Assembly (NCBI GenBank): GCA_965602015.1
Contig: OZ271918.1
Location: 3,776,001 to 3,840,000, forward strand
Reading direction: 5' to 3'
Length of the DNA: 64,000 bases
From: Salinispira sp.
Lineage (GTDB): Bacteria > Spirochaetota > Spirochaetia > DSM-27196 > Salinispiraceae
Shown: positions 49,800 through 60,457 of the stretch, in pieces
Layout of the letters: every line of letters starts with the position of its first letter
Numbering within the stretch: the stretch's first letter is position 1
Translations under genes and position numbers: made by a program
Notes under the pieces: model-generated
Seen by the model: only the letters and a program-made list of their open reading frames with translations
What the model was told of the DNA's origin: nothing
Database searches by the model: none

Positions 49800-51043
49800 C
49801 AATTTCGATTATCGGATTGGGATACGTGGGATTGCCCCTCGCCCTCCAAGCAGACAGCCGGGGCTTACAGATAACCGGGGTCGATAAGAATCCAGCAGTA
49901 CTTGAAGCTCTGGGTAACCGAAAATCAATGCTTAATGATAAAATCGTTACTGAATTACTTCCCAAATCCGGACTGACCCTCACCGATCGGGTTTTCGGTT
50001 CAAAGGTCTATATCGTATGCGTCCCCACTCCTGTCGTGAATTTCCAGGAACCTGATCTACGCTTCGTTAAGTCAGCTTCCGAAGAAATTGCATCTGTTTT
50101 ACGGGATAACGATCTCGTGATAATCGAGTCCACCATCAATCCAGGCGTCTGTGAAGAAGTGGTCGCACCGATTTTAGCACGGTCAGGAAAAAAGTTCGGA
50201 TTGGCGCATTGCCCGGAACGGATTAACCCCGGAGACCCAAATTGGGATGTTCGTAATATTCCGAGAGTTGTCGGAGGTTTGATGCCTGAGGATGGTGTCC
50301 GCGCAAGGGATGTTTACTCTAAAATTATCGATGCGGAAATTACTATATTGAGCCAAATCCGGGCCGCGGAAGCTACGAAAATTCTGGAGAATACGTTTCG
50401 GGATGTCAATATCGCATTCATAAATGAGATGGCCATGTCGTTTCATCGTCTTGGTATCGATATTTCCGAGGTTATCAGGGGCGCAAGCACGAAACCGTTT
50501 GCCTTCCTGCCTCATTCGCCTGGCATCGGGGTTGGCGGGCACTGCATCGCAGTGGATCCGTACTACATGATTAGCAAAGGCCGAGAGGTTGGGTTTATTC
50601 ATGACTTCCTTATAGAGGCACGAAGGATTAACTCCGGGATGCCTGAGTTCGGGATTTCTGTGCTTCAGGATGGGTTGAACGAAATCGGCTTGCCAATAAA
50701 CGGTACCTCGGTTTCCATTTTAGGGGTATCGTACAAACCGAATGTTGCCGACGAACGGGAGTCACCATTTTTCGAGGTGCATAGGCTCCTGAAGAAAAGG
50801 GGCGCGAAAATAACGGTTTATGATCCGCATTTCCCGCAGCTCTCCACAGTCGGTACTATGAAGGAGGCTTGTGCTTCAGCCGACGCAATAATTATCGTTA
50901 CCGCACATAAAGAGTTTCTTGACGTGAGCAACTATAAGAACGTCAAGTTCATTCTGGATGGAAGGAATTGCCTGGACAGGGCAGCGGTGCAGAGCCTCGG
51001 TATTATTATCGCCGGAATCGGGATCGATAGCGAGTTAATATAA
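49796..51043 (+). CDS. Nucleotide-sugar (UDP-HexNAc) dehydrogenase
   Basis: GLGYVGLP, CVPTP, IEST, CPERINPG, ENTFRDVNIA and GVGGHCI motifs. Confidence 0.9.
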   Translation: MTISIIGLGYVGLPLALQADSRGLQITGVDKNPAVLEALGNRKSMLNDKIVTELLPKSGLTLTDRVFGSKVYIVCVPTPVVNFQEPDLRFVKSASEEIASVLRDNDLVIIESTINPGVCEEVVAPILARSGKKFGLAHCPERINPGDPNWDVRNIPRVVGGLMPEDGVRARDVYSKIIDAEITILSQIRAAEATKILENTFRDVNIAFINEMAMSFHRLGIDISEVIRGASTKPFAFLPHSPGIGVGGHCIAVDPYYMISKGREVGFIHDFLIEARRINSGMPEFGISVLQDGLNEIGLPINGTSVSILGVSYKPNVADERESPFFEVHRLLKKRGAKITVYDPHFPQLSTVGTMKEACASADAIIIVTAHKEFLDVSNYKNVKFILDGRNCLDRAAVQSLGIIIAGIGIDSELI

Positions 51044-52144
51044 ATGAAAATCGCCTATCTGCTTACCTCGGATACTGCCCGCTACCTCGGCTCCACCGGA
51101 AAAATCAAAAATCAGGTGGATTCCTGGCGCAGCATGGGTCATGAGGTTGAAGTTTTTGCCCGGACCCCGGACCTTGAGCCGAGCATTCTCGAATCCAACC
51201 GCTATGTAAAACCAAAGAGCCTGGTCGGCAGCCTGATGTTGGTTGACCGGCAGCTGCTGAAGGACATGGAGCGATTTGGGCCGGAGCTAGTGTATATCAG
51301 AAGTACGGTTCGAAACCGAACCTATGCGGCGGTTCAAAAACGCTTCCCGCATGTGATTGAGGTAAATACCCACGACCTGGATGAATTTCGGTTTATCTGG
51401 AAACGGGAAAAATCATTACGTGCATTCTTCCGCTATATGCTCGCCGGGTTACTTCGCAGAGGGTTTTACCGGTCGGCAAACGGGCTTGTGTTTATTTCCC
51501 GGGAATTGGAAAAACGGTTCAACAGCGAGGGCCTGGTCCGCAAATCAATTGTCGTCCCGAACTCTATTACCATCGACCTTTCGGGGAATGACGTTATTAA
51601 GGAAAAAAAATCCGAATCCGGACCTATACGAATCTTTTTTATCGGATCACCGGGGATATCCTGGCACGGTGAAGACAAGCTTCTCCGGTTGTCGCAAAAA
51701 CTGGGGGACGATTACGAGTTTCATATTGTCGGGCTAACGGGTGAAGACACCGAGACGGTAAAATTTTACGGATACTTGGCAAAAGATGAGTATCAGAAAA
51801 TCCTGTCGCAATGTCATATATGCTTCAGCACATTCGCCCTGCATCGAAAAAATTTACATGAATGCAGCACCATAAAATTCACCGAATATCTGAAAGCCGG
51901 TTTTCCCGTTATTATGCCATACCGTGAGACCTGTCTTGGCGAGGGAGTGTTGCCTTCATTCGTCCTTCAAATTCCGAACGCCGAGGACGCGGTAGAAATG
52001 CCCGGTGTGGTCGCTTCAATCGATAATTTCTGCCGCGAAAACCGGCAGGTCATAGTGCCGCCCGAGAAGGCATCAGACATTGTCGGTTCACAAAAGTGGG
52101 AAGCTGAGCGCCTGGCGTTTTTGTCGGCTTCCCGGAAATCCTGA
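51044..52144 (+). CDS. GT-B glycosyltransferase
   Basis: KIKNQ, EVN, FFIGS..WHG and KFTEYLKAGFPVI motifs. Confidence 0.75.
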   Translation: MKIAYLLTSDTARYLGSTGKIKNQVDSWRSMGHEVEVFARTPDLEPSILESNRYVKPKSLVGSLMLVDRQLLKDMERFGPELVYIRSTVRNRTYAAVQKRFPHVIEVNTHDLDEFRFIWKREKSLRAFFRYMLAGLLRRGFYRSANGLVFISRELEKRFNSEGLVRKSIVVPNSITIDLSGNDVIKEKKSESGPIRIFFIGSPGISWHGEDKLLRLSQKLGDDYEFHIVGLTGEDTETVKFYGYLAKDEYQKILSQCHICFSTFALHRKNLHECSTIKFTEYLKAGFPVIMPYRETCLGEGVLPSFVLQIPNAEDAVEMPGVVASIDNFCRENRQVIVPPEKASDIVGSQKWEAERLAFLSASRKS

Positions 52145-52162
52145 CGTAAAGAAAAGGATTGT

Positions 52163-53449
52163 ATGATTCTGAGTAATAACCCCTTCTGGAAAGATCAAAG
52201 CTCCGTTATTTTCAAGGTTTACCCGTGGCTAAGCCTTGCATTGCTAACGGCGTTGTCAATTTTATATGCATTCCGTTGGCCAATGAGTACGATTGCGCCT
52301 TTTGGCGCGGCATTTCTTCTTGTTGCCTTGGGATTGCTCTTTGAGAACATCAATCCCCAGTTCTCCGAATTGAGAACCATGGGTGTTGAGCTGACCATCC
52401 TATACGGCTTTTTGTTCTGGACACTTTTAACTCCGTTGTTTTCCGTTCTCGACCTAAACTCATTTATTGTTACCACGGTGGCAATTTTGTTTACAAGTTT
52501 TCTGCTCTATTTTCTCATCCTGATTCTGAACACAGAGAATCATGAGCAATTACTGCACGGAATCTTTCTTGCTGGCGGAATACTGGTTTTTGGCGTCGTA
52601 GCCGTTATCGCATATCGGGGGTATATCGACAGGGATATCCATTGGCTGCGGGCGGTAACCAACATCGATTCCCTGGACTCTGAGTTGGCGCGCCAAAAAA
52701 ATATTTATGGAAGCGTGTTGATGGTTTCGACGGTTTCCGCCCTGTATTTCTTTTTGAGCACCCGCGGACTTTTGACTAAAGCATTTTTTGCAGTTTTAAC
52801 TATTATTCAGGGAGCCATGGTTCTTTTTATATCTTCACGAACCGCTCTTCTCATGGTAGTCGCCGCCATCGGCTTTTTCCTTCTTCAACGCCTGCTGCCT
52901 CGGGTGGCTAAAATTGCCCTCATTATCGGGTTGGTTCTATTGGTTTTGCTGATCAGCGCCCTGCTAGTCAGTGAGGCGCTGGTGACCATGCTGGATGAGA
53001 GTATCGTTTTGAAAAACATCCTTACGCACCGCAGTAATCTGTGGGCAGCCTCAATTCAGTTTATTGAAGAATCTCCATGGGGTGCGGGAGTAAACGGGGA
53101 CGATGACGCAATCATGCAGTATCTCGAGACAAGAAGATACTTAAAAGGATACGATCCTCATAATACCGTCCTGCGATACGGGGTCTCCTACGGCCTTGTA
53201 GCCATGTTTGGCTTTCTTCTGGTTTCGTCCCTTCCGGTGCTCACCCTGCCTGGAGGCAAGCTGACGGTATTTCATTCCTCCATGCTGGCGATATATGTGG
53301 GTTTTATTGTCTACCAGATTGCAGAAGTTGTCCTGTTGGGGGGAGTTTCCTGGAAGAGCATGGTCTATACAATTTCATTTCTTGTTCTATTAATTGAGAA
53401 CAGGCGGCATGCTTCGAAAACCAATGGTGCGGAAAATACGCGGCAATGA
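52163..53449 (+). CDS. O-antigen ligase/polymerase (Wzy-like) family membrane protein
   Basis: About 12 TM segments; SSRTAL, R..LW, PWGAG and PHN motifs. Confidence 0.8.
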   Translation: MILSNNPFWKDQSSVIFKVYPWLSLALLTALSILYAFRWPMSTIAPFGAAFLLVALGLLFENINPQFSELRTMGVELTILYGFLFWTLLTPLFSVLDLNSFIVTTVAILFTSFLLYFLILILNTENHEQLLHGIFLAGGILVFGVVAVIAYRGYIDRDIHWLRAVTNIDSLDSELARQKNIYGSVLMVSTVSALYFFLSTRGLLTKAFFAVLTIIQGAMVLFISSRTALLMVVAAIGFFLLQRLLPRVAKIALIIGLVLLVLLISALLVSEALVTMLDESIVLKNILTHRSNLWAASIQFIEESPWGAGVNGDDDAIMQYLETRRYLKGYDPHNTVLRYGVSYGLVAMFGFLLVSSLPVLTLPGGKLTVFHSSMLAIYVGFIVYQIAEVVLLGGVSWKSMVYTISFLVLLIENRRHASKTNGAENTRQ

Positions 53450-54513
53450 AACTGCTGATTGTCCAAAATTATTGGACTCCCTACAGAAATGCCCTGTTTA
53501 ACCATCTCGCTGAGAAGGTAGAGCTGGAGGTCATCTATTTGTCTCCGGTCGATGAGCAAAGAAAGTGGCGGGCGGAAAATAGCGCCTACCCCCACAGGGT
53601 GTTGCCCGCTCGCAGGTTCTCCAGGTTCGTGATCAGCAAGTTCCCCGCAGATTTTAGGGTGGATGCTGATATGTGTGTGCTGCCGGAAATTGTGTTCAAT
53701 GTTGTTTCCATTTTGCAAATAAAAAAGCAGGTGGAACGCCGGGGGATTCCTTGTATTATATGGAGCGGTGAGGCAAGGGATTTACCGGTTCGCGGAAGCA
53801 TGAACCGGGCGATTGCGAATATGCTGAAGCATATATTTCGCAAGCGACTTTACAAGTCCGCCGACAGGTTTTGGGCTTATTGTAGGCGCACCCGGGATTT
53901 CCTCGTCGAAAATGAAGTTTCCCTGAGCATGATAGATATCATCCCCCAGGCATTTCCCGATCCGCCTGACCTTTCCCGCGACCGAACCTACAGGCAGGAC
54001 GATACGGTAAAGTTTGTTTACATCGGTTATTTGAGACCTGAAAAAAACCTCCTTTGTTTTATACAGGTGTTCAACAGATTTTCCGCTCAACATAGGGCTG
54101 AGCTGAGCATTGTCGGTTCAGGCCCCCTGGAAGAACGCTTGAGAGAAATCGCCGGCGATAGCATCCGATTTTACGGCTACTTAACTGGTGAGGAAAAATA
54201 CCGCGTCCTTCTGGACTCCGATGTACTGGTGCTGCCCTCGCTCCGGGAGCCCTGGGGATTCACGGTAAATGAAGCCGTGTACTATGGTCTGCCGGTAATG
54301 GTCAGTTCGGTTGCCGGAGCGAAGGATATGGTTGATAAAAACGGCGTGTTGATCGACCCTCTTTCAGAAAAGAGTATGGAGGAAGCCCTGGTCTTTTTCT
54401 CTGATGCCCCGGGAGATTTTCAGAATTTGTCGCAACACAGCAGGGAAATTTACCGTCGCTATACCATCGATAAGGCGCGGGATTGTATAGAGGAATCAAT
54501 CAAGAGCATATGA
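53446..54513 (+). CDS. GT4 glycosyltransferase
   Basis: TPYR, EKN and LPSLREPWGFTVNEA motifs. Confidence 0.85.
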   Translation: MKLLIVQNYWTPYRNALFNHLAEKVELEVIYLSPVDEQRKWRAENSAYPHRVLPARRFSRFVISKFPADFRVDADMCVLPEIVFNVVSILQIKKQVERRGIPCIIWSGEARDLPVRGSMNRAIANMLKHIFRKRLYKSADRFWAYCRRTRDFLVENEVSLSMIDIIPQAFPDPPDLSRDRTYRQDDTVKFVYIGYLRPEKNLLCFIQVFNRFSAQHRAELSIVGSGPLEERLREIAGDSIRFYGYLTGEEKYRVLLDSDVLVLPSLREPWGFTVNEAVYYGLPVMVSSVAGAKDMVDKNGVLIDPLSEKSMEEALVFFSDAPGDFQNLSQHSREIYRRYTIDKARDCIEESIKSI

Positions 54514-55739
54514 AGATTCTCTATATAAATGATTACTCCAGCATGGGCGGTGCTGAAGCGGTTCTCCAGGAACTCATAGAACACTTCTCAGTTGAGCATG
54601 AGGTGAAAACGTTTTTTCCCGGTGATTACGGCGGCAAGCGATCCCTGGTTTCGTATATATGGAATCGTAAGGCCAACAAGGCCCTTGCCAAGATATTGCA
54701 TGAATTTCAGCCCGATTCGGTTCACGTAAAAAATTATTATCAACAGCACAGCCCGTCAATTCTCGCTGTATTAAAAAAGTACAAAACTGTATGCCCTGTG
54801 AGAATTATTTATACCGCCCATGACATGCATCTGTTGGGTCCGGGGAGCGGCATGCTCACCTTCAGGGGACGGGAGCGAAAAGCGCACCGGGAACCCCTGG
54901 TGCGGCCGGGCCTTCTGAAAAGCATTTTTCTTTTGTGGGATTACCGGGGACGGATGTACAGCCTGTTAAAAAGCCTGCAGTGGTTACTGCATTATCGGCT
55001 GCAATCTGCGGATTCTGTATTTGACGAAGTGCTCGTCCCGAGTGTGTTTCTGGCAGACGCCCTCCGACCGGTACTGCAGTGCCCGGTGCGGACAGTCAGA
55101 AACCCCCTGGATGTTGCCGGCATAAAAAGTCAGATAGTATCCCCTTCGGGCAAAAAAAGCACTTGTGCAGAAAACCCGCAACCTGTCAGGTTCGTATTCG
55201 CCGGGCGGTTGGCAGCCGACAAGGGACTAATCCCCTTCTTGCAGCGAATCCCGGAACGCGTTTATCCGTTGCTGGAACTTCATATATACGGAGATGGCCC
55301 TCTGAAAAGCCAGATTCAAAGGCTTGCCATTCAGAGAGGAATGGGGAATATTGTAAAGCTCCATGGGAAGGTCGGGAATGACCTTCTTCGAAAAGAACTC
55401 TCAGGCTACGACGCCCTGTTTCTGTCTTCGGTGGTGTACGAAAACGCTCCGGTGAGCATTATGGAAGCCGCCCTGTCGGGATTACGCATTTTCTGTCCGT
55501 CAGTGGGGGGAATGAAAGAGATGGCCGAACTGGTCGGCGGCGGGTATCTTTATTCCCAGGGAGACCAGTGTGATTTTATTGATGCCCTGGATAAGCTGAT
55601 TGTCGACGTGCAAAACGCAATTCCATTACGGCGGGACACCGATTGGACTAAGGAATTTGAAGCAGTGCGGGTTTTTGCCGAACATCTGGTAGTATATTCA
55701 GGCCACCAAACGATAGAAGACGGAGAAAGCCGTGGTTAA
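54510..55739 (+). CDS. GT4 glycosyltransferase
   Basis: GGAE, TAHD, GRLAADKG and YENAPVSIMEA motifs. Confidence 0.85.
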   Translation: MKILYINDYSSMGGAEAVLQELIEHFSVEHEVKTFFPGDYGGKRSLVSYIWNRKANKALAKILHEFQPDSVHVKNYYQQHSPSILAVLKKYKTVCPVRIIYTAHDMHLLGPGSGMLTFRGRERKAHREPLVRPGLLKSIFLLWDYRGRMYSLLKSLQWLLHYRLQSADSVFDEVLVPSVFLADALRPVLQCPVRTVRNPLDVAGIKSQIVSPSGKKSTCAENPQPVRFVFAGRLAADKGLIPFLQRIPERVYPLLELHIYGDGPLKSQIQRLAIQRGMGNIVKLHGKVGNDLLRKELSGYDALFLSSVVYENAPVSIMEAALSGLRIFCPSVGGMKEMAELVGGGYLYSQGDQCDFIDALDKLIVDVQNAIPLRRDTDWTKEFEAVRVFAEHLVVYSGHQTIEDGESRG

Positions 55740-56844
55740 CGTTTTGCACGTTGGAAAATACTATCCTCCCGACCATGGCGGCATCGAACAGGTGACCCGC
55801 GATACGGTGCGCGCGCTGACCAGCGCCGGCGGCTATACCCAAAAGGTTATTGCTTTCGGAAAAAATCACGCCACCAGCGTCAACATGCAGGACGGAGCAG
55901 AAATTATCCGCTTGCCTCAGAAGCTGGTTATTGATTCCCAGCCCTTGTCCTTGAGTTATGTGGTTAAAATATTCCGGGAAGTGCCAAAAGCCGGTCTTCT
56001 GCACATTCATCTTCCAAATCCTTTCGCCGCTCTGGCGGTGCTGCTCAGGAATACCAAAAAACTTAAGATTGTCGTGCACTGGCATTCCGACGTGGTCCGC
56101 CAGCGATTCTTCAAATGGCTGGCAGACAAGGTGCAAAGGGCTCTTGTCAAAAGGGCGTCGGTGGTATTGGCAACTACCCAAAATTATGCCCGGTATTCCG
56201 ATGTAATTAAGGATTTTCCTGAGAAAACAGCAATTCTGCCGTGCGCTGTAGAAAACGATAAGTACGGGGATCTTTCCAGATTTTCCACGCATCACAGGTC
56301 TGAAAAAGGCATCAGGCAAGTGATGTTTGTAGGAAGGCATGTGGAATACAAGGGCATCGATATCCTCATCGAAGCGGCAAATGCCTGGCCTGAAAATATT
56401 GAGGTGGTAATTGCGGGAGACGGCCCCCTGCGGCCTGAACTGGAAAAACGGGTGCGAAATCCCCGGATTCGCTTCGTTGGAGCCCCCAACGATGAAGAGC
56501 TTGCCCTTATGTTCCATACCTCAGATCTCTTCATTTTGCCGTCCCGCACAAAAAATGAAGCGTTTGGAATCGTGATCGGTGAGGCTCTGAGTTTTGGGCT
56601 CCCGGTGGTGTGTTTCAACATACCCGGTTCCGGAGTAAGTTGGGTAAATCAACATGGAATCACCGGTGAAGTGGTAGATGAACTTAGTCCGGAGGCCCTG
56701 AGCACCACAGTGCTTGGCCTATTATCGGATGAGAAACGATTAGCCGAGTACTCAAAAAACGCGATTGCCTGGTATGACCAGCAGTTATCAATGGATGCCT
56801 ACAGGAAACATGTTTTGGAAATCTACAGGGATATACAGAAATGA
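55732..56844 (+). CDS. GT4 glycosyltransferase (WfcD-like)
   Basis: GKYYPPDHGGIE, HLPNP, HWHSD, YKG and EAFGIVIGEA motifs. Confidence 0.88.
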   Translation: MVNVLHVGKYYPPDHGGIEQVTRDTVRALTSAGGYTQKVIAFGKNHATSVNMQDGAEIIRLPQKLVIDSQPLSLSYVVKIFREVPKAGLLHIHLPNPFAALAVLLRNTKKLKIVVHWHSDVVRQRFFKWLADKVQRALVKRASVVLATTQNYARYSDVIKDFPEKTAILPCAVENDKYGDLSRFSTHHRSEKGIRQVMFVGRHVEYKGIDILIEAANAWPENIEVVIAGDGPLRPELEKRVRNPRIRFVGAPNDEELALMFHTSDLFILPSRTKNEAFGIVIGEALSFGLPVVCFNIPGSGVSWVNQHGITGEVVDELSPEALSTTVLGLLSDEKRLAEYSKNAIAWYDQQLSMDAYRKHVLEIYRDIQK

Positions 56845-57692
56845 GTCAGAATAACAGTACTGCGCTTGATTTAGCGCTGGTGACGGTAAGGCGGCGAAAA
56901 AAGGCGCTGATAGCAGGCAGCGGGGCAATTTTCCTGCTATCCCTCCTGTTGGCTCTGGCTTTTCGCTCTCATCCGCTCCTGGCCGGAAGTCCGCGCTATG
57001 CTACCGAGGCAAAATTTTCCATGGAGTTTGTAGACCCCCGTCTACCGGCTCTGTTCCCCGGTGGAGTATATGATTCACTCATGGAAAAGGGATCCGAGGC
57101 TGCGTTCCTCTCCCGCTTCTACGATTTTGCCCTTGCTAATTCCGGGCGTGATATTTCGATTGAGAATCGGGAGCAGTGGGCGCTCAGTCTAAGAGAACAG
57201 CAGCGGTTTTCTCTCATTTTCCTTCCCGGGGCTCCTCAGCTTCGAGTAACCGTGACCGATGAAGACCCCCGATACCCCGGGCTTTTTATTGATGAGTTTA
57301 TTCCGGAGCTCACGGCTCTTCTGCGAGACCAACTGCGAGACCAATTTGCGTTTTCAATGGAGAGGTATCAAAATACTAATGAAGAATACCGGCGGACCTC
57401 AAGCGGAATTCTCGGTCAGCCTGTGCGTCAAATTGAAGCCGGCGCGCTTCGCACAGAGCCCACAGGTGGTCGATTCATGAGTTATATTAGGGCAGTCTAC
57501 TCGCTCAATGCCCTTCAGGAACTCGCCGACGGGCCGTTGGTAAACTTCGCAGTCTATGAGGTTGAAGAAAGGACCATTAATCCTCCTCCAGTTTCTCTCG
57601 TCGAGTTGATGTTTGTTGTATTTCTCGTTTTAGAGTTGTTTTTTCTGCTGTCACTGATGGTTATTGAAGGTCGGAGGGCAAGCCTGGCATGA
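56841..57692 (+). CDS. Wzz-like chain-length/co-polymerase protein
   Basis: N- and C-terminal TM helices flank a periplasmic helical domain, with a Pro-rich motif before TM2. Confidence 0.55.
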   Translation: MSQNNSTALDLALVTVRRRKKALIAGSGAIFLLSLLLALAFRSHPLLAGSPRYATEAKFSMEFVDPRLPALFPGGVYDSLMEKGSEAAFLSRFYDFALANSGRDISIENREQWALSLREQQRFSLIFLPGAPQLRVTVTDEDPRYPGLFIDEFIPELTALLRDQLRDQFAFSMERYQNTNEEYRRTSSGILGQPVRQIEAGALRTEPTGGRFMSYIRAVYSLNALQELADGPLVNFAVYEVEERTINPPPVSLVELMFVVFLVLELFFLLSLMVIEGRRASLA

Positions 57693-59158
57693 TGGCTCGG
57701 CTCGCCGCCAGGAATGTTTGGCGTTACCGCAACAAGATCCTACCGATTATTCTCGCTCAGGTGCTGGTGTTCGGCGTTCTCTTTTATCTCAACGCCGTGG
57801 TATCGCAAATAAACGCGCGTTTCGAAAGTGAACTGGAAGCAAAACTCACCGGCGATTTCGTAATCTCACAGCGGGTTGATGGGACAAATTTCAATCTTTT
57901 TGGCAACGATGAGCTTCTTATCGGCCGCTACTTCCAACAGCCCGTGCTTCGTCATTCCAATGCGATCATTGATGCGCTGGAGTCACATAACAGTATTCAC
58001 GATGTAACCGGCGTGGTGAGTCTGCTTGCCCAGGGGAATTTTAACAGGTTTACCGAGAACATCGTTATCCTCGGCGTAGACTACGGCGATTTTGCCGGTT
58101 TCTTCGAAGAGGCAGTCTTCAAAGAGGGGTCATTTCCCGCACCGGGAGAATCCGGGCTGGTTATGTTTAACCAATTCTCTGAAATTGTCCAAAGGTTGAA
58201 CCATCGGGCGCCGGGACTCGGCGATCCTATAGTGATTACCAGCTCAAATGACAATTTGTTTACCATTCGAGAAGCTCCGCTGTCCGGAGTGTACAAAATG
58301 GAAACCACCGACGAAATATTTGCCCGGCTTACTCTGCTGGATATCGGGACTGCCCGACAGCTTGCTGATCTCAACAATGATAATGCCGATAGCGAGCCGG
58401 GCTCAACGCCAATAGCATCAGACCCGTCAAATCTCGATGATCTGTTCGGCGAATCAGATGTGAGCGATGCATCATCTGAAGAGAGCGGGGGAGAGGGTTC
58501 GGTACTCGATCTACTCGGATCTGGCTTTTTTAACCCTGCCGCACAATCCGAGATCAACCAGGATTTCAAACAGGGCGACGTTCATTTCTTGTTGATAGAT
58601 GCGCCGGCAGTTGCAGGGGTGAATGAAATCCGGCGAATACTCTCTGAAGCGGGAATAAACGCCGACGATGTACTTGTAAGGGGCTGGAGGGATTCATTGG
58701 GGGGCAACTTCCTCGTCCTGTGGATTCTCCAGCTATTCATAAACGCCGGACTCCTTTTTATTCTCGGAGCAACGGTGTTTATATCCGGAAACACGTTGAT
58801 GATAAGTGTCATGGATCGCTACAAGGAGTTCGGCACTATACGGGCAGTGGGCGGAACCCAGCGCTTTGTTTCCCGGATGGTTTTTTTGGAATACCTGGTT
58901 ATAGCTGTTTTTGTGCTTGGTTTTGGTTTGACATTCGGTTGGCTTCTTTCGCAGGCTTTTGCGGGAGTCGAACTGGATATTGCCAACAGTTTTATCCAAA
59001 GTCTATTCGGGGGAACCAATCTGAACGTGCGCTTCACTGCCGCCCAGGCGCTGCTTTATGCCGCTGGGTATCTGTTACTGAGTTTTGCCTTTCTCATCAA
59101 ACCCATGATGTATGTTACCCGGGTTTCTCCTGTCCAGGCCCTGAGGATTGAGGCGTGA
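57689..59158 (+). CDS. LolE/FtsX-like ABC permease
   Basis: LAARNVWR, large periplasmic domain, DRYKEFGTIRAVG and SPVQALR motifs. Confidence 0.85.
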   Translation: MMARLAARNVWRYRNKILPIILAQVLVFGVLFYLNAVVSQINARFESELEAKLTGDFVISQRVDGTNFNLFGNDELLIGRYFQQPVLRHSNAIIDALESHNSIHDVTGVVSLLAQGNFNRFTENIVILGVDYGDFAGFFEEAVFKEGSFPAPGESGLVMFNQFSEIVQRLNHRAPGLGDPIVITSSNDNLFTIREAPLSGVYKMETTDEIFARLTLLDIGTARQLADLNNDNADSEPGSTPIASDPSNLDDLFGESDVSDASSEESGGEGSVLDLLGSGFFNPAAQSEINQDFKQGDVHFLLIDAPAVAGVNEIRRILSEAGINADDVLVRGWRDSLGGNFLVLWILQLFINAGLLFILGATVFISGNTLMISVMDRYKEFGTIRAVGGTQRFVSRMVFLEYLVIAVFVLGFGLTFGWLLSQAFAGVELDIANSFIQSLFGGTNLNVRFTAAQALLYAAGYLLLSFAFLIKPMMYVTRVSPVQALRIEA

Positions 59159-60423
59159 CGCTTCTGAGATTGGCCTGGCGAAACGTTATTCGGAATTTTG
59201 AGAGGAATTTTCCGCTTCTGTTTTCTATCGGTTTAGCCGTCACCCTCCTTAATTTGCTCGTCGGGTTTTCCTGGGGAATTCAGGAAAGCCTGCAAGTAAA
59301 AGCCAGGAAATACTTCGGCGGCGATGTGGTAATCAGTTCCTATGCCAATGATTCCTTCCCCGTAGTCGAGAATAGCTCCGAGATTGCAGGGGTAATATCC
59401 CGGGCTCCGGTCAATCCTGTTACTGTTGCTCAACGTTCGGTGTATTACCGCAGCGATGCTCGTTTATTCTTTAATGGAATGAGCATTGCCCAGCGCAGGG
59501 TAATCGGTATCGATGACCAGGAGCTGCCGCAAATTCTGTCTGATCGCGAACTCGTAAGGTCCGGACGACCTGAAAACTGGATTATCGTTTCCACCCGTGT
59601 TGCGCAGATACTCGGCCTTCGAGTTGGGGATGAGGTCACGCTCAGGGCTAATACCGATACGGGCCAGGCTAACACCATAGGTCTTGTCGTTGAAGGCGTG
59701 TTTTCCGAAGAGAGCTTTTTTGGTTTCGCTTCTTACGTGAATCGTTCCGCGTTGAATACCCTTTTAGGTCGTAATCCGGACCATACTTCAGAGTTAGCGG
59801 TCTATCTGCCGCCGCGGCAGCAGAATGACGGCCCCGGAATACTCCATCGGGAGTTGGCAGAGCATTTTTCCGTTCTGCCGCTTTTTACCAGCCAGGTTTT
59901 GAGGGATGAAGAACTATCGGCGACCTGGATCGGCAGGCGTTACGGAATTACCCCCCTGGCTGCGCAGCTCAATAGCATTACCTTGATTATCAGTTCAATA
60001 AACATCATCAGCCTGGGGTTCATTGCCCTTTTTCTTGTTATTACCAGCATCGGCATTAGCAACACCTATCGTCAGGCCATCGCTCGTCGAAAAACCGAGA
60101 TAGGAATCATGCGGGCCGTTGGTATGCGCAAACATCAGGTCGGCTCATTGGTCTGGCTGGAAGCCATTTATATTTCTTCTGGCGGCTGGATTGTGGGAGT
60201 CCTCGGCGGACAGCTTTTGGCAGGACTGGTGAATCTTGTTGTTCCCCGGGGCGAAATAAGTTTGCTCAAACTGTTTACGTATGATGGTAGCCTGAGTTAT
60301 GTCCTGCCCATTCCCTGGTATGCCATTGTGCTCGGGGTGACAATACTGGCCGGAGGTCTCGGCGTGGCCGTGCCGGTGCTGCAAGCTCTTCGAATAACGC
60401 CCGTCGATGCGATTCGCGACTGA
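59155..60423 (+). CDS. LolE/FtsX-like ABC permease
   Basis: LAWRNVIRN, RRKTEIGIMRAVG and ITPVDAIR motifs. Confidence 0.85.
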   Translation: MTLLRLAWRNVIRNFERNFPLLFSIGLAVTLLNLLVGFSWGIQESLQVKARKYFGGDVVISSYANDSFPVVENSSEIAGVISRAPVNPVTVAQRSVYYRSDARLFFNGMSIAQRRVIGIDDQELPQILSDRELVRSGRPENWIIVSTRVAQILGLRVGDEVTLRANTDTGQANTIGLVVEGVFSEESFFGFASYVNRSALNTLLGRNPDHTSELAVYLPPRQQNDGPGILHRELAEHFSVLPLFTSQVLRDEELSATWIGRRYGITPLAAQLNSITLIISSINIISLGFIALFLVITSIGISNTYRQAIARRKTEIGIMRAVGMRKHQVGSLVWLEAIYISSGGWIVGVLGGQLLAGLVNLVVPRGEISLLKLFTYDGSLSYVLPIPWYAIVLGVTILAGGLGVAVPVLQALRITPVDAIRD

Positions 60424-60457
60424 TACCTTCTAGATTTATAAATACAAAGGAAACAGT